Below are positions 28,488-37,837 of a stretch of 64,000 nucleotides of DNA, piece after piece. The notes below the pieces were generated by a model. The model was given only the letters and a program-made list of their open reading frames with translations, had not been told where the DNA came from and did not search any database. The stretch covers positions 128,001-192,000 of the forward strand of contig CAWHFW010000003.1 of NCBI GenBank assembly GCA_963828735.1, read 5' to 3'. The position numbers and the translations under genes were made by a program. This stretch comes from an uncultured Gemmatimonadales bacterium. Lineage in GTDB: Bacteria > Gemmatimonadota > Gemmatimonadetes > Gemmatimonadales > GWC2-71-9. Position 1 is the stretch's first letter. Each line of letters begins with the position of its first letter.

Positions 28488-29167
28488 CGCTCCGCCAGCT
28501 GCACGGGCATGGCACTCACGAGGAGCTCGTGCCGGACGCGGCTCGCCCGCGCGAGCACGATCGACGGGTACCGCCGGCAGTTCGGCGTGTTCGTTCCGCG
28601 CACGCAGCCGTTGTAGCGAAGCAGGGCGGCCACGGGCGTGCGCGTTTCGCGCAGGTTCCGCGCGAGAATCAGCGTGCCGTGGCAGATGTTGCTGTCCACG
28701 TCCACGAGGTTGTCCGAGTTGCAGAGCCGCGCGCCCGCGTGGAACGGCATGACCTGCATCAGGCCCTGCGCGCCGACGTTGCTGGCCGCCTCCGGGCGCA
28801 GCGTCGTGTTTTCCGTCAGCAGCACCGCGGTGATCAGCGAGGGCGGCACCTGCTGACGGCCCGCCTCGCGAAGCACTGCTCGGCTGATGCGGCGGACGAG
28901 GAGGCGGTCGTCGCTGAACTGGGACAGGTAATTCTCGAGGGGACGGCGCATCGCAGCCGGCGAGAGCTCCCGCTCCGCCTCGACGCTGTCCAGTACGGCC
29001 ATCACCTCGGGGGTCGGTGAGGCAATCACGAACGAGTCCACCGTCACCGGATCACCAGGAGTGGAGGTCTGGGGCGGCGCACTCGGCTCTGACGCCAACA
29101 ACACGATTGCCAACACCGCGGCGGTCAGCTCACCCAGCCGCGTCGCATTGCGAATGACGATGTGCAT
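28484..29167 (-). CDS. Lytic transglycosylase (SLT domain)
   Basis: AVLLTEN (catalytic Glu), GAQGLMQVMP, NI..G, ALLRYNG; GGAGG RBS. Confidence 0.88.
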   Translation of the reverse strand: MHIVIRNATRLGELTAAVLAIVLLASEPSAPPQTSTPGDPVTVDSFVIASPTPEVMAVLDSVEAERELSPAAMRRPLENYLSQFSDDRLLVRRISRAVLREAGRQQVPPSLITAVLLTENTTLRPEAASNVGAQGLMQVMPFHAGARLCNSDNLVDVDSNICHGTLILARNLRETRTPVAALLRYNGCVRGTNTPNCRRYPSIVLARASRVRHELLVSAMPVQLAER

Positions 29168-29398
29168 GGTTCCTCCCGTGCATGGCCTCGGCGCCCTGGA
29201 AGTTGCACTTGCCGGCGGTGTGACCGGCGCCGGGACCATGGGGAGGCAGGTCCCGGGCTAGGGACCGGAAAACGGGCGGAAGCCGTTGCCAGGTGCGACC
29301 CTACGGGGACGGAGCGAAGGGGTGGGTTTCTGGCATCGGTGTGGCGGCGCTACACCAGGGTAGCGAAGCGAACTGCACTCGGATGACGTACGTCCGCA

Positions 29399-30718
29399 CT
29401 ATGGGCCTGCAGTCTCCTGCGCGATGGGAAAGAACTGGTCGGCGGTGGCTCCCGCCAGCATCTCGGGGGACTGCGGTCCGCGCGGCGCCTGTTCGACGCT
29501 CTGCAGGTCCGGCAGCGTCTGTCCCTCGGCGACCGCACCCAGCTCGCGAAATCGCCGGGCGGTGACGAGCACCCGGCTTTCGAGCGACCCGACCGCACGA
29601 TTGTAGCTCTCCACGGCCTTGTCGAGTCCACGCCGAAGCTCGTCGAAGTGTCCGGCCATCGATCCCAGACGCTCGTGGAGCTGCCGGCCGAGGTCGCTGA
29701 TCTCCCGTGCATTCCGGGCGATCTGCTCCTGCCGCCAGCCGTACGCGATGGCCCGGAGCAGCGCGATGAGCGTGGTGGGGCTCGCTGGGATGACCTGCTG
29801 GCCCACGCCGAACTCGATGAGCGACGGGTCCTGCTGACACGCGGCGCTGAAGAACGTCTCGCCCGGCAGGAACATCACCACGAAGTCCGGCGCGGGCTGA
29901 AACTGGTTCCAATAGGTCTTGCTGCCGAGGCCGACCATGTGGTCACGCACCTGGCGGGCGTGCTCCTTGAGAAGGAGCTCCCGCTCGGTCTCGTCGTCGG
30001 TGCCTTCGACCGCGTCGAGATAGGCGGCGAGTGGCGCCTTGGCGTCCACGATCACGGTCTTGTTACCGGGGAGCCGCACGACGAGGTCCGGGCGGAGGCG
30101 CCCGTTCTCACCCTCGACGCTCGCCTGTTCCTCGAAATCGCAGTAGTCCAGCATGCCGGCCATCTCCACCACGCGGCGGAGCTGGATCTCACCCCAGCGG
30201 CCGCGCACGTGCGGGGCCCGCAACGCCTTCACCAGCTTCCCGGTCTCCGACTGGAGGGACTGCGAGGCTCGAGCCATGGCGCGGACCTGCTCCAGCAGTC
30301 CCGCGTAGGACGTCAGGCGCTCCTTCTCGACCTCCTGCAGTTTCCCGTCCACCCGCGCGAGGGCCTCCTTCAACGGCCGCACCAGGTCGTCCACGGCACG
30401 CTGGCGCAGCTCGAGATCCGAAGCGGCGGTGTGTTGAAGCTCCCCGAGCTTGACCTGGGCGAGCGCGAGAAAGCTCTCGTTGTTCTGGCGCAGTGCGTCC
30501 GCCGAGAGCGAGGCGAACGCGTCCCGCAGGGTGACCTCGGCGCGCTCGAGCAGCGTGGTCCTGTCCGCGGCCGTGCGCCGCTCGGCGTCGAGCTGGGCCA
30601 TGAGTCGAGCGCGCTCTTCCCTGAGCGCGGGGGTTCGCGCGCGCGCGATGAGCCAGGCGGCCAGTGCGCCGATCACGGTGCCGATGGCGAGCCCGACCAG
30701 CAATGAGGAGAAATCCAT
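29399..30718 (-). CDS. rmuC: DNA recombination protein RmuC
   Basis: N-terminal TM and coiled coil; [40 protein letters not shown]. Confidence 0.95.
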   Translation of the reverse strand: MDFSSLLVGLAIGTVIGALAAWLIARARTPALREERARLMAQLDAERRTAADRTTLLERAEVTLRDAFASLSADALRQNNESFLALAQVKLGELQHTAASDLELRQRAVDDLVRPLKEALARVDGKLQEVEKERLTSYAGLLEQVRAMARASQSLQSETGKLVKALRAPHVRGRWGEIQLRRVVEMAGMLDYCDFEEQASVEGENGRLRPDLVVRLPGNKTVIVDAKAPLAAYLDAVEGTDDETERELLLKEHARQVRDHMVGLGSKTYWNQFQPAPDFVVMFLPGETFFSAACQQDPSLIEFGVGQQVIPASPTTLIALLRAIAYGWRQEQIARNAREISDLGRQLHERLGSMAGHFDELRRGLDKAVESYNRAVGSLESRVLVTARRFRELGAVAEGQTLPDLQSVEQAPRGPQSPEMLAGATADQFFPIAQETAGP

Positions 30719-30830
30719 GGCTCCTCCGGGACCGGAAGGCCTGCATGAGTGGCGGAATGGGTGAGGTCAGCGGGGGGAAAGGCCGACCGCATCAAGCTAA
30801 GAGCGTGCCCAGGCGGCGACAACTCGTTCC

Positions 30831-30856
30831 TGAAACCGTGTGAACCCGCGGGCGTA
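30831..30856 (+). promoter_or_regulatory. ECF-type promoter TGAAAC-N16-CGTA(G)
   Basis: Exact match to the SigW-like consensus, 75 nt upstream of TPR lipoprotein ATG. Confidence 0.62.
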
Positions 30857-30930
30857 GGTCCTGTGAGAGGCACCCACTCTCCGCTCCAATCCCGTCGTCT
30901 ACAATCGAAACGTCGCCGGAGGACCCGCAG

Positions 30931-32448
30931 ATGCCACGCGCACTGATTCCATCATTCCTCGGCTTCACCGCACTCGCCCTCGTGCTGTCCGGCTGCGAGT
31001 CCCGGAAATCGGAAACCGAAACGGCCAGCGCGACGACCACCGACGCCGTCGCCGGGGCGACGGTGGCGAATTCCGGAGCCGTGCCGATCTCGTCCGCTTC
31101 GGACGAGGCCCGGAAGCTCTACCTCGAAGGGCGCGCTTTGAGTGAGCAGCTCCGCGCCCACGATGGCCGCCAACGGTACGAGGAGGCGGTCGCCAAGGAT
31201 CCGTCGTTCGCGATGGCGCACTATCAGCTCGCCGCCAACGCGGCTACGGCCAAGGACTTCTTCGCACACCTCAAGGAGGCCGTGGCGCTGTCCGACAAGG
31301 CCTCCGAAGGCGAGCGCCTCACGATCCTCGCGCTCGAGGCGGGAGGGAACGCCCAGCCTGCCAAGGCGCTCGAGTATCAGCAGGAGCTCGTCGCGAAGTA
31401 CCCGAACGACGAGCGTGCCCACTTCCTCCTCGGCGGCGGCTACTTCGGACAGCAGGACTACGACAAGGCCATCGCCGAGTACAAGCGCGCCACCGAGATC
31501 AACCCGGACTACTCGCCCGCCTACAATCTCCTGGGCTACGCCTACAAGCAGGTCGAGAAGTACGACGAGGCGGAGACGGCGTTCAAGAAGTACATCGAGC
31601 TGATTCCGGGCGACCCGAACCCCTACGACTCCTATGCCGAGCTGCTGATGAAGACCGGCCGCTTCGATGAGTCCATCCGGCAGTACCAGAAGGCGCTCTC
31701 GGTGGACGAGCACTTCTCGCCGTCGCGGGTCGGCATCGCGAACAACCTGATGCTCCAGGGCAAGCATGACCAGGCAGCCGCGAAGATGGACGAGCTGTAC
31801 GGTCGCGCGCGCGACGATGCCGACCGCCGCACCGCGATGTTCGTCAAGTCCGTCATCCTCACGGACGCCGGACGCACCGACGCCGCCGTCAAGGAGGTCG
31901 AGCGGGAGTACGCCCTCGACGCCAAGCTCGCCGATTCGGCCAACATGAGCGGCGATGCCCAGCTCATCGGCAACATCCTGCTCAACGCCGGACGCTCCGA
32001 TGCGGCGGCCAAGCAGTTCGGGCAGGCGCTCGACCTGGTCGAGAAGTCGAGCCTCTCGGACGAGGTGAAGCAGGACACCCGGCTCGCCGACCACTACAAC
32101 AAAGGGCGCGTGGCGCTCGCCAAGGGCGATATCGCGACGGCCAAGACCGAGTCCAGGGTGTACGCGGACGGCGCCGCCGCACGGCAGAACAGCTTCCGCG
32201 TGAAGCAGGCGCACGAGCTCGAGGGCCAGATCGCGCTCGCGGAGAAGGGATACGACGAGGCGATCAAGCACTTCGGTCAGGCCAACCAGCAGGACCCGCA
32301 GGTGACTTACCTGACCGCGCTGGCCTACAAGGGAAAGGGTGATTCGGCCAAGGCGAAGGAGCTCGCGGGATGGGCGGCGAACGCGAACGTGCTGCCGCTC
32401 GCGTCCTACGCGTTCATCCGCGACAAGGCGAAGAAGCTGGCGGCCTAG
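30931..32448 (+). CDS. TPR-repeat lipoprotein
   Basis: Lipobox LSGC; multiple TPRs (AYNLLGYAY, PYDSYAELL); GGAGG RBS. Confidence 0.9.
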   Translation: MPRALIPSFLGFTALALVLSGCESRKSETETASATTTDAVAGATVANSGAVPISSASDEARKLYLEGRALSEQLRAHDGRQRYEEAVAKDPSFAMAHYQLAANAATAKDFFAHLKEAVALSDKASEGERLTILALEAGGNAQPAKALEYQQELVAKYPNDERAHFLLGGGYFGQQDYDKAIAEYKRATEINPDYSPAYNLLGYAYKQVEKYDEAETAFKKYIELIPGDPNPYDSYAELLMKTGRFDESIRQYQKALSVDEHFSPSRVGIANNLMLQGKHDQAAAKMDELYGRARDDADRRTAMFVKSVILTDAGRTDAAVKEVEREYALDAKLADSANMSGDAQLIGNILLNAGRSDAAAKQFGQALDLVEKSSLSDEVKQDTRLADHYNKGRVALAKGDIATAKTESRVYADGAAARQNSFRVKQAHELEGQIALAEKGYDEAIKHFGQANQQDPQVTYLTALAYKGKGDSAKAKELAGWAANANVLPLASYAFIRDKAKKLAA

Positions 32449-32479
32449 ACGGCGACGGCGTTCTTCGCGGAGGCAAACA

Positions 32480-32511
32480 GGAGAAGGGATGCCCGCGGGC
32501 ATGCCTTCTCC
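32480..32511 (+). terminator. Hairpin after TPR gene
   Basis: GGAGAAGG-GATGCCC-gc-GGGCATG-CCTTCTCC near-perfect inverted repeat. Confidence 0.6.
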
Positions 32512-32541
32512 GCTTCGGCTGGTGCGGACGCATCTCGACCC

Positions 32542-32600
32542 TTGACGCCGTTCCACCTTGTTACTACGATATATCGGCAGCTATATCGCCCGACATATCG
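32542..32600 (+). promoter_or_regulatory. Sigma70 promoter TTGACG-N17-TACGAT overlapped by three CGATATATCG-like operators
   Basis: -35 at 32542, -10 at 32565; 10-mers at 32567, 32579 and 32591 (12-bp period). Confidence 0.75.
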
Positions 32601-32620
32601 TACACCGAGTGGAGGCGTCT

Positions 32621-33193
32621 ATGTGTAGTCAGCGCAGCGGTTTCGACTTCGGCGCCGGGTTCCCCTTCTGGGGACGTGGCTGGGGTGAGTGGGGCCCCCG
32701 ACGAGGCCGAGGCCGCAGGCCGATGTTCGAGGCAGGCGAGATCAAGTTCGTCATCCTCCGGCTCCTCAAGGAGAAGCCGCGCCACGGATACGAGATCATC
32801 AAAGCGCTCGAGGAGCGTATGGGCGGCTGCTACACGCCCTCGCCGGGCACCGTCTACCCGACACTGCAGATGCTCGAGGATCAGGGCTACGTCCGTGGCG
32901 CCGCCGATGCCGCTGGCAAGAAGGTCTACGAGATCACGCCGGAGGGCGAGCGGTATCTCGAAGAGCATCGCGATCTGCTGGACGAGATCGTGGATCGGGT
33001 GCGCGAGACCGTCCGCGACTTCACCGGCGGCGCCATCGGTGAGCTGCAGGGGGAGTTTGCGCGACTCGCCAGGGGCACCTTCCGGCATGCCTGGCGTCGC
33101 GGGCCCGAGGATCCCGCCGTCAAGCGTGTCGCCGAGATCCTGAAGCGCGCCGCCGACGAGGTCGAACAGGCGTGGCAGACTTCAACACTATAG
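32621..33193 (+). CDS. PadR family transcriptional regulator (YqjI-like)
   Basis: PRHGYEII, PSPGTVYPTLQMLED.G, KKVYEIT.EG; GGAGG RBS. Confidence 0.95.
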   Translation: MCSQRSGFDFGAGFPFWGRGWGEWGPRRGRGRRPMFEAGEIKFVILRLLKEKPRHGYEIIKALEERMGGCYTPSPGTVYPTLQMLEDQGYVRGAADAAGKKVYEITPEGERYLEEHRDLLDEIVDRVRETVRDFTGGAIGELQGEFARLARGTFRHAWRRGPEDPAVKRVAEILKRAADEVEQAWQTSTL

Positions 33194-33203
33194 GGTAACT
33201 CCG

Positions 33204-33443
33204 ATGTGGTACCACATGTGGTGGTGGTTCATCCCGCTGATGTTCTTCCTGGCCGCGCGTGGCGGGCGCCGGCGCTACTACCGGGAGCGCGGGCGGGGCG
33301 GCGAGCAGGTGGCGGACCTACGACGCACCGTCCAGAGCCAGGGCGACTATATCGAGCAGCTCGAGACTCGGCTGGGCCGGGTGGAAGAGGGGTTGGACTT
33401 CGCCGAGCGGCTCCTGGCGGAGCGGTCGAGCCCGGCGCGCTGA
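33204..33443 (+). CDS. Small membrane-anchored coiled-coil protein
   Basis: Trp-rich N-terminal TM, basic patch, LETRLGRVEEGLDFAERLL coil; 10 nt after padR. Confidence 0.75.
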   Translation: MWYHMWWWFIPLMFFLAARGGRRRYYRERGRGGEQVADLRRTVQSQGDYIEQLETRLGRVEEGLDFAERLLAERSSPAR

Positions 33444-33467
33444 TCGGCGGTGCTGTGCGCCGGCCGA

Positions 33468-33749
33468 TCAGCTCGGATGGACCGCCGGCTCGAAGAACAG
33501 CTCATCCACGTAGCACCAGCTCCAGTCCTCGCCGGGCTCGAAGCTTCGCATGATGGCGTGCCGCGAGGCGTGGAAGTGTTTGGTGGCGTGCTTGCCGGGT
33601 GAGTTGTCACAGCACCCGACATGGCCGCACTCCTGACACAACCGTAGATGGACCCACCGGCCACCGGTGGCAAGGCACTCTTCGCAGCCGGCCGGCGTGT
33701 TTGGCTGAACATTGCGCACCTCGGCGAGATGCGGGCAGCGCACTGGCAT
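33468..33749 (-). CDS. UBP-type zinc finger protein
   Basis: C.HL, GCEECL, WVHLRLC..CGHVGCCD.SP.KHATKH, SFEPGEDW.WCYVD; GAGGAG RBS. Confidence 0.92.
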   Translation of the reverse strand: MPVRCPHLAEVRNVQPNTPAGCEECLATGGRWVHLRLCQECGHVGCCDNSPGKHATKHFHASRHAIMRSFEPGEDWSWCYVDELFFEPAVHPS

Positions 33750-33900
33750 AGATCGCTCCTCCTCGGAGTTGGCCCGACCCTCCTGGAACATAGCCAGGGC
33801 GCGACACGATGCATCCTGTCCGACCTGGTCCCGCGCTGTAGATTGTGCCCGACCTTCGGGACGGTCCCGTGGCCGTACGCTATGCTCGCGGAGGTGGCCG

Positions 33901-35553
33901 TTGAAAATCCCCATCCTTGTCTCTCATCTCGCGCTCGGCCTCGGCATCGCGGTCGCCTCGACCAGGCCGCTCGCGGGGCAGGACCACGAGCACCAGCACG
34001 CCGTCGGCCAGCTCGGCCGGGTGGTGTTCCCCGTCTCGTGCACGGCCAAGGCGCGCCAGGGATTCGAGCACGCCATGGCGGTGCTGCACTCGTTCTGGTG
34101 GGAGGAAGGCGAGCGGGCGTTCGGAGCCGTGCTCGCGGCCGACAGCTCCTGCGCGATGGCGTACTGGGGCCTCGCGCTCAACGCCTGGGGCAATCCGTTC
34201 GCGGGCGGCCCGTCAGGCCCCGCGCTGGCCAAGGGCGTGGCTGCGGCGGAGCGGGGCGCGTCGCTGCCGGCCCCCACGCCGAGAGAGCGCGGATTCATCG
34301 CCGCCACGACCGCGCTCTACCGCGACACGGACACGACACCCAATGCGGCCCGGCTCCAGGCGTACGCCGACACCATGAAGCGCCTGTATCGGGACTTCCC
34401 GGGCGACGTGGAGGTCGCGATCTACCACGCACTGGCCGAGCTCGCCACGGCACCGCGCACCGACACCACCTTCGCCCAGCAGCGCCGGGCGATCGCCATT
34501 CTGGATCCGCTCTTCGCGCGCTATCCCGATCATCCGGGCCTCGCCCACTACGTGATCCATGCGACGGACAGCCCTCGGCTCGCGTCGCTCGGGCTGGACG
34601 CGGCGCGACGGTACGCGCAGATCGCGCCGGCGGCGCCACACGCGCAGCACATGCCGTCGCACATCTTCGTGCGCCTCGGCCTGTGGGATGAGACCATTGC
34701 CGCCAATTGGCGATCGTACCGGGCGGGCTCGACCTACGCGAAGAGCATCGGCCTCCCGGGCGGCACGCCGGAGGAGCTGCACGCGCTCGACTACGCGGTC
34801 TATGCCTACCTCCAGCGCGGCGAGGATTCGGCCGCACGCGCCGCGGTCGCGAAGGTGGCCCACACCCTGACGACGAGCGCCCGCGGGATCATCGCTTCGT
34901 ACAACCGGACGGCCATGGCGGCCCGGATCCCGCTCGAGCGGGGCGACTGGGCCGCGGCCGCAAAGTTTCCACGGCCTCCCGACTCGCTCGCCCCGATCGC
35001 GAGCGCCCTCGCCCGCTTCACTCGCGCCATCGGGAGTGCCCGAACGGGCCAGGTGGCGTCCGCCCGTGATGAGGTCGCCGCGCTCGACTCGATCGCGAGA
35101 ATGCTGGACGCGAAGGGCGAGCCGTACTGGGCGCGGGTCGTCCACATCAAGCACGACGCGGCGGAGGCGTGGACCCGGCTCGCGGCGGGCGACTCCTCCG
35201 GCGCGCTGGCGCTCGCCACGGCGGCCGCCGACAGCGAGGAGGTGACGGACAAGCATCCCGTGACTCCGGCCGAGTTGCTCCCGGCGCGAGAGCTCGAGGG
35301 CGACATGCTGCTGGTGCTTGGACATCCGGCGGAGGCGCGGGTCGTCTACCTCGCCACGCTCAGGCGCGAGACGGGCCGCGCGCGCAGCACCTACGGCGCC
35401 GCACGGGCCGCGGAGCTCGCCGGCGACGATAGCGCGGCCGCCGCTGGATACCGCGAGCTGCTCGAGCTCATGGCCAGGGCGGATGCGGGACGATCGGAGG
35501 TCGCGGCGGCCAAGGCGTATCTGAAGACGAGGAAGGTGACGGGAACTCGTTGA
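33901..35553 (+). CDS. Exported TPR-like hypothetical protein
   Basis: TTG start after GGAGG; signal peptide; LG.V.FP.SC, LHSFW, HPGLAHY.IH, HAQHMPSHIF.RLG.W conserved pattern. Confidence 0.82.
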   Translation: MKIPILVSHLALGLGIAVASTRPLAGQDHEHQHAVGQLGRVVFPVSCTAKARQGFEHAMAVLHSFWWEEGERAFGAVLAADSSCAMAYWGLALNAWGNPFAGGPSGPALAKGVAAAERGASLPAPTPRERGFIAATTALYRDTDTTPNAARLQAYADTMKRLYRDFPGDVEVAIYHALAELATAPRTDTTFAQQRRAIAILDPLFARYPDHPGLAHYVIHATDSPRLASLGLDAARRYAQIAPAAPHAQHMPSHIFVRLGLWDETIAANWRSYRAGSTYAKSIGLPGGTPEELHALDYAVYAYLQRGEDSAARAAVAKVAHTLTTSARGIIASYNRTAMAARIPLERGDWAAAAKFPRPPDSLAPIASALARFTRAIGSARTGQVASARDEVAALDSIARMLDAKGEPYWARVVHIKHDAAEAWTRLAAGDSSGALALATAAADSEEVTDKHPVTPAELLPARELEGDMLLVLGHPAEARVVYLATLRRETGRARSTYGAARAAELAGDDSAAAAGYRELLELMARADAGRSEVAAAKAYLKTRKVTGTR

Positions 35554-35643
35554 GCTGCACCCGCTAGCCAGATATGGGTGGTCCTGCCCATCTTGCAGGC
35601 ACCCTCCCATGCGTCTACGCACACGCCCCTCGGCCCGAGCGTC

Positions 35644-36207
35644 GTGACCACGGCCTACCTGGAGTGCCCGGAATGCGGCAAGCGGGCGCTGAGCGTCGCG
35701 ACCCGCTGTCCGCACTGCGGCTTCAACTTTCCTCCTCGGCCCCTGCACCGGCCGGCGGAGGTGCCGCCGGTCGGCCGCTCCTGGACGGCGATCACGGTGG
35801 GCGGGGCCGTGGCGGCGATTGCGCTCATCGCGCTGCTGGCGCGTCGCACACCCAACCAGTCGACCCAAGTTCGAGGCGCTTCGCCGGCCCACGATTCCGT
35901 GAGCGCGGTGGAGCCGATGCCGACGCCGACGCCGACCCCACCACCGACGCACGACACCCTCCCCCCGCCTCCGAAGCCGGCTGTCCCCTCCACCGCCCCG
36001 AGCACGTCCGGGATTCGCCGTTATGCCCATACGTGGGTCAACGTCCGAAGCGAGCGCAATCGCTCGGCTCCGCCCGTCGCGGTGCTCAATCCCGGCGACT
36101 CGGTCCTCGTCGATTCGCTGGTTCGTGGATGGTACCGTGTACTCGTCGACGGCCGGACCGTCGGGTACGCATCCCGTTCCCTGCTCGAGGCCACGCCGCC
36201 CGAATGA
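35644..36207 (+). CDS. Zinc-ribbon / TM / Pro-rich linker / SH3-like domain protein
   Basis: CPECG...CPHCG; TM helix; PT repeats; WVNVRS...L.PG..V...GWY.V...GY SH3b pattern. Confidence 0.8.
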   Translation: MTTAYLECPECGKRALSVATRCPHCGFNFPPRPLHRPAEVPPVGRSWTAITVGGAVAAIALIALLARRTPNQSTQVRGASPAHDSVSAVEPMPTPTPTPPPTHDTLPPPPKPAVPSTAPSTSGIRRYAHTWVNVRSERNRSAPPVAVLNPGDSVLVDSLVRGWYRVLVDGRTVGYASRSLLEATPPE

Positions 36208-37109
36208 CGTCGATGTCTCGCCGCGACCTGCTCCGAACGGTTGCCACCGGGATGGTGACGCTGATGCTCCCACCGCCGCTCCTGGCATGCCGTCGAGGCG
36301 ACCCTGACGAAGTCCGCCTCGACGCCTGGACCGTGACGCTTCGCAACCAACGACTGGCAGTGCGGGACGTGCCCATCGGCCGTGCAGCGGTGCGGGTCGG
36401 GGAGGAGGCCGCGGGCACCCCGTATCGGGCCGGGGCTCTCGAGGCCTATCTGCGCGCCGGCGGAAGTCCCGCGAGCGAGCCGCTCACGGTGTCACTCACC
36501 CAGTTCGATTGTGTGACCCTGGTGGAGTCCTGCCTGGGGGTGGCCCGAGTGGCGGCGAACGGCGCGGCGCCGAGCTGGGAAGGCTTCGGCCGCCAGATCG
36601 AGCGCATGCGGTACCGCGGTGGCGAGCGCCGGGGCTACACGTCTCGATTGCACTACTTCAGCGAGTGGATCAGCGATGGTGCCCGGCGGGGACTAGTTCG
36701 GGATCTGGGCGCCGAGCTGGGAGGGGCCGAGGATAGGCGGCCACTCCGGTTCATGAGCGAGCATCGGGCCAGCTACCCTGCCCTGCGCGATGACGCGGCG
36801 TTCGCCGAGATCGCGTCGATCGAGCGTGGGCTCGACGCACGACCGAGGCTCGTGGTGCCCACGAAGCGGATTCCGCAGGTGGTGGACCGGCTGGAGAGTG
36901 GGGACGTGCTGGCGTTCGCCACGGACATCGCAGGCCTCGACGTCACCCATGCGGCCTTCGCGTACCGTGGCGACGATCGCGTGCTCCGGGTGCTTCATGC
37001 ACCGCTGTCGGGCGGCGTCGTCGAGGTCACCCACCGGACCCTTCCCGAGTACGTGGCCGCGATCCGGCGGGCAACGGGGATTCTCGTGGCAAGGCCCGCC
37101 TGGGGATAA
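36204..37109 (+). CDS. DUF1460 (NlpC/P60-like N-acetylmuramoyl-L-alanine amidase) Tat-exported lipoprotein
   Basis: SRRDLL Tat motif and LLAC; GTPY, FDCVTLVE, RLHYFSEW, GLDVTH, HA motifs. Confidence 0.88.
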   Translation: MTSMSRRDLLRTVATGMVTLMLPPPLLACRRGDPDEVRLDAWTVTLRNQRLAVRDVPIGRAAVRVGEEAAGTPYRAGALEAYLRAGGSPASEPLTVSLTQFDCVTLVESCLGVARVAANGAAPSWEGFGRQIERMRYRGGERRGYTSRLHYFSEWISDGARRGLVRDLGAELGGAEDRRPLRFMSEHRASYPALRDDAAFAEIASIERGLDARPRLVVPTKRIPQVVDRLESGDVLAFATDIAGLDVTHAAFAYRGDDRVLRVLHAPLSGGVVEVTHRTLPEYVAAIRRATGILVARPAWG

Positions 37110-37140
37110 GCCGGCCCGCGTCCGGTTCAGCCTGCCCGCA

Positions 37141-37818
37141 TCACCATCTGCCGATCCCATGCGTGCCACACCACTGGACAATCCCGTCCACCAGCTCGTC
37201 CAGCACCTCCGCATTGCTGCGCCCCGAGCGCTTGAGCACCTCGAACGAGTGGTTCCCACCCTCGACCACGTGGAGTGTGGCCAGTGGCCCGAGCTGCCCG
37301 CAGACACTCGTGATGAGATCGAGCGCTGCCAGGTCGTCGCGCGTTCCCTGAAGAAAGAGCATCGGCAGCTCGACGAGCGCGAGATGTTCGGCGCGGCCCA
37401 CACCAGGCTGCTTCGGCGGATGCAGAGGGAAGCCGAGGAAGACCAGTCCGGCCACTCGGGGCAACGGCGCGCGGGCCTGCGCACCCGAGGTCATGCGCCC
37501 GCCCATCGACTTCCCTCCGGCAATGAGCGGGAGTTCCGGCGCGACCTCGGCCGCGGTCGCCACGGCGGCGCGGACCGTGGCCTCGAGCACGGCCGGCGCG
37601 TCGGGGCGCCGCCCGCCGGCCTCGGTGTATGGGAACTGGAAGCGCAGGGTGGCGACGCCGCGGGCAGCGAGCAGGCCGGCGATCGCCTCCATGAACCGGT
37701 GCCGCATGCCGGCCCCGGCGCCGTGGGCCAGCACATAGAGCACCCGGGCGTCCCCGGGACGGGTGAGGATCCCGGAGACGCGCCCGATGCGATCGCTGAC
37801 GGCGATGTCGAGGTTCAT
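37141..37818 (-). CDS. Alpha/beta hydrolase (KANL3/Tex30 family)
   Basis: LAHGAGAGM, GGKSMGGR nucleophile elbow, GFPLHP, QGTRD, H-S-F catalytic His. Confidence 0.9.
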   Translation of the reverse strand: MNLDIAVSDRIGRVSGILTRPGDARVLYVLAHGAGAGMRHRFMEAIAGLLAARGVATLRFQFPYTEAGGRRPDAPAVLEATVRAAVATAAEVAPELPLIAGGKSMGGRMTSGAQARAPLPRVAGLVFLGFPLHPPKQPGVGRAEHLALVELPMLFLQGTRDDLAALDLITSVCGQLGPLATLHVVEGGNHSFEVLKRSGRSNAEVLDELVDGIVQWCGTHGIGRW

Positions 37819-37837
37819 GGACGGCCGAGCCGTGTCG

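Noticed and set aside
29170..29395. Possible riboswitch upstream of the lytic transglycosylase
   Set aside because: No recognisable c-di-AMP or c-di-GMP consensus by eye; an Infernal/Rfam scan would be needed
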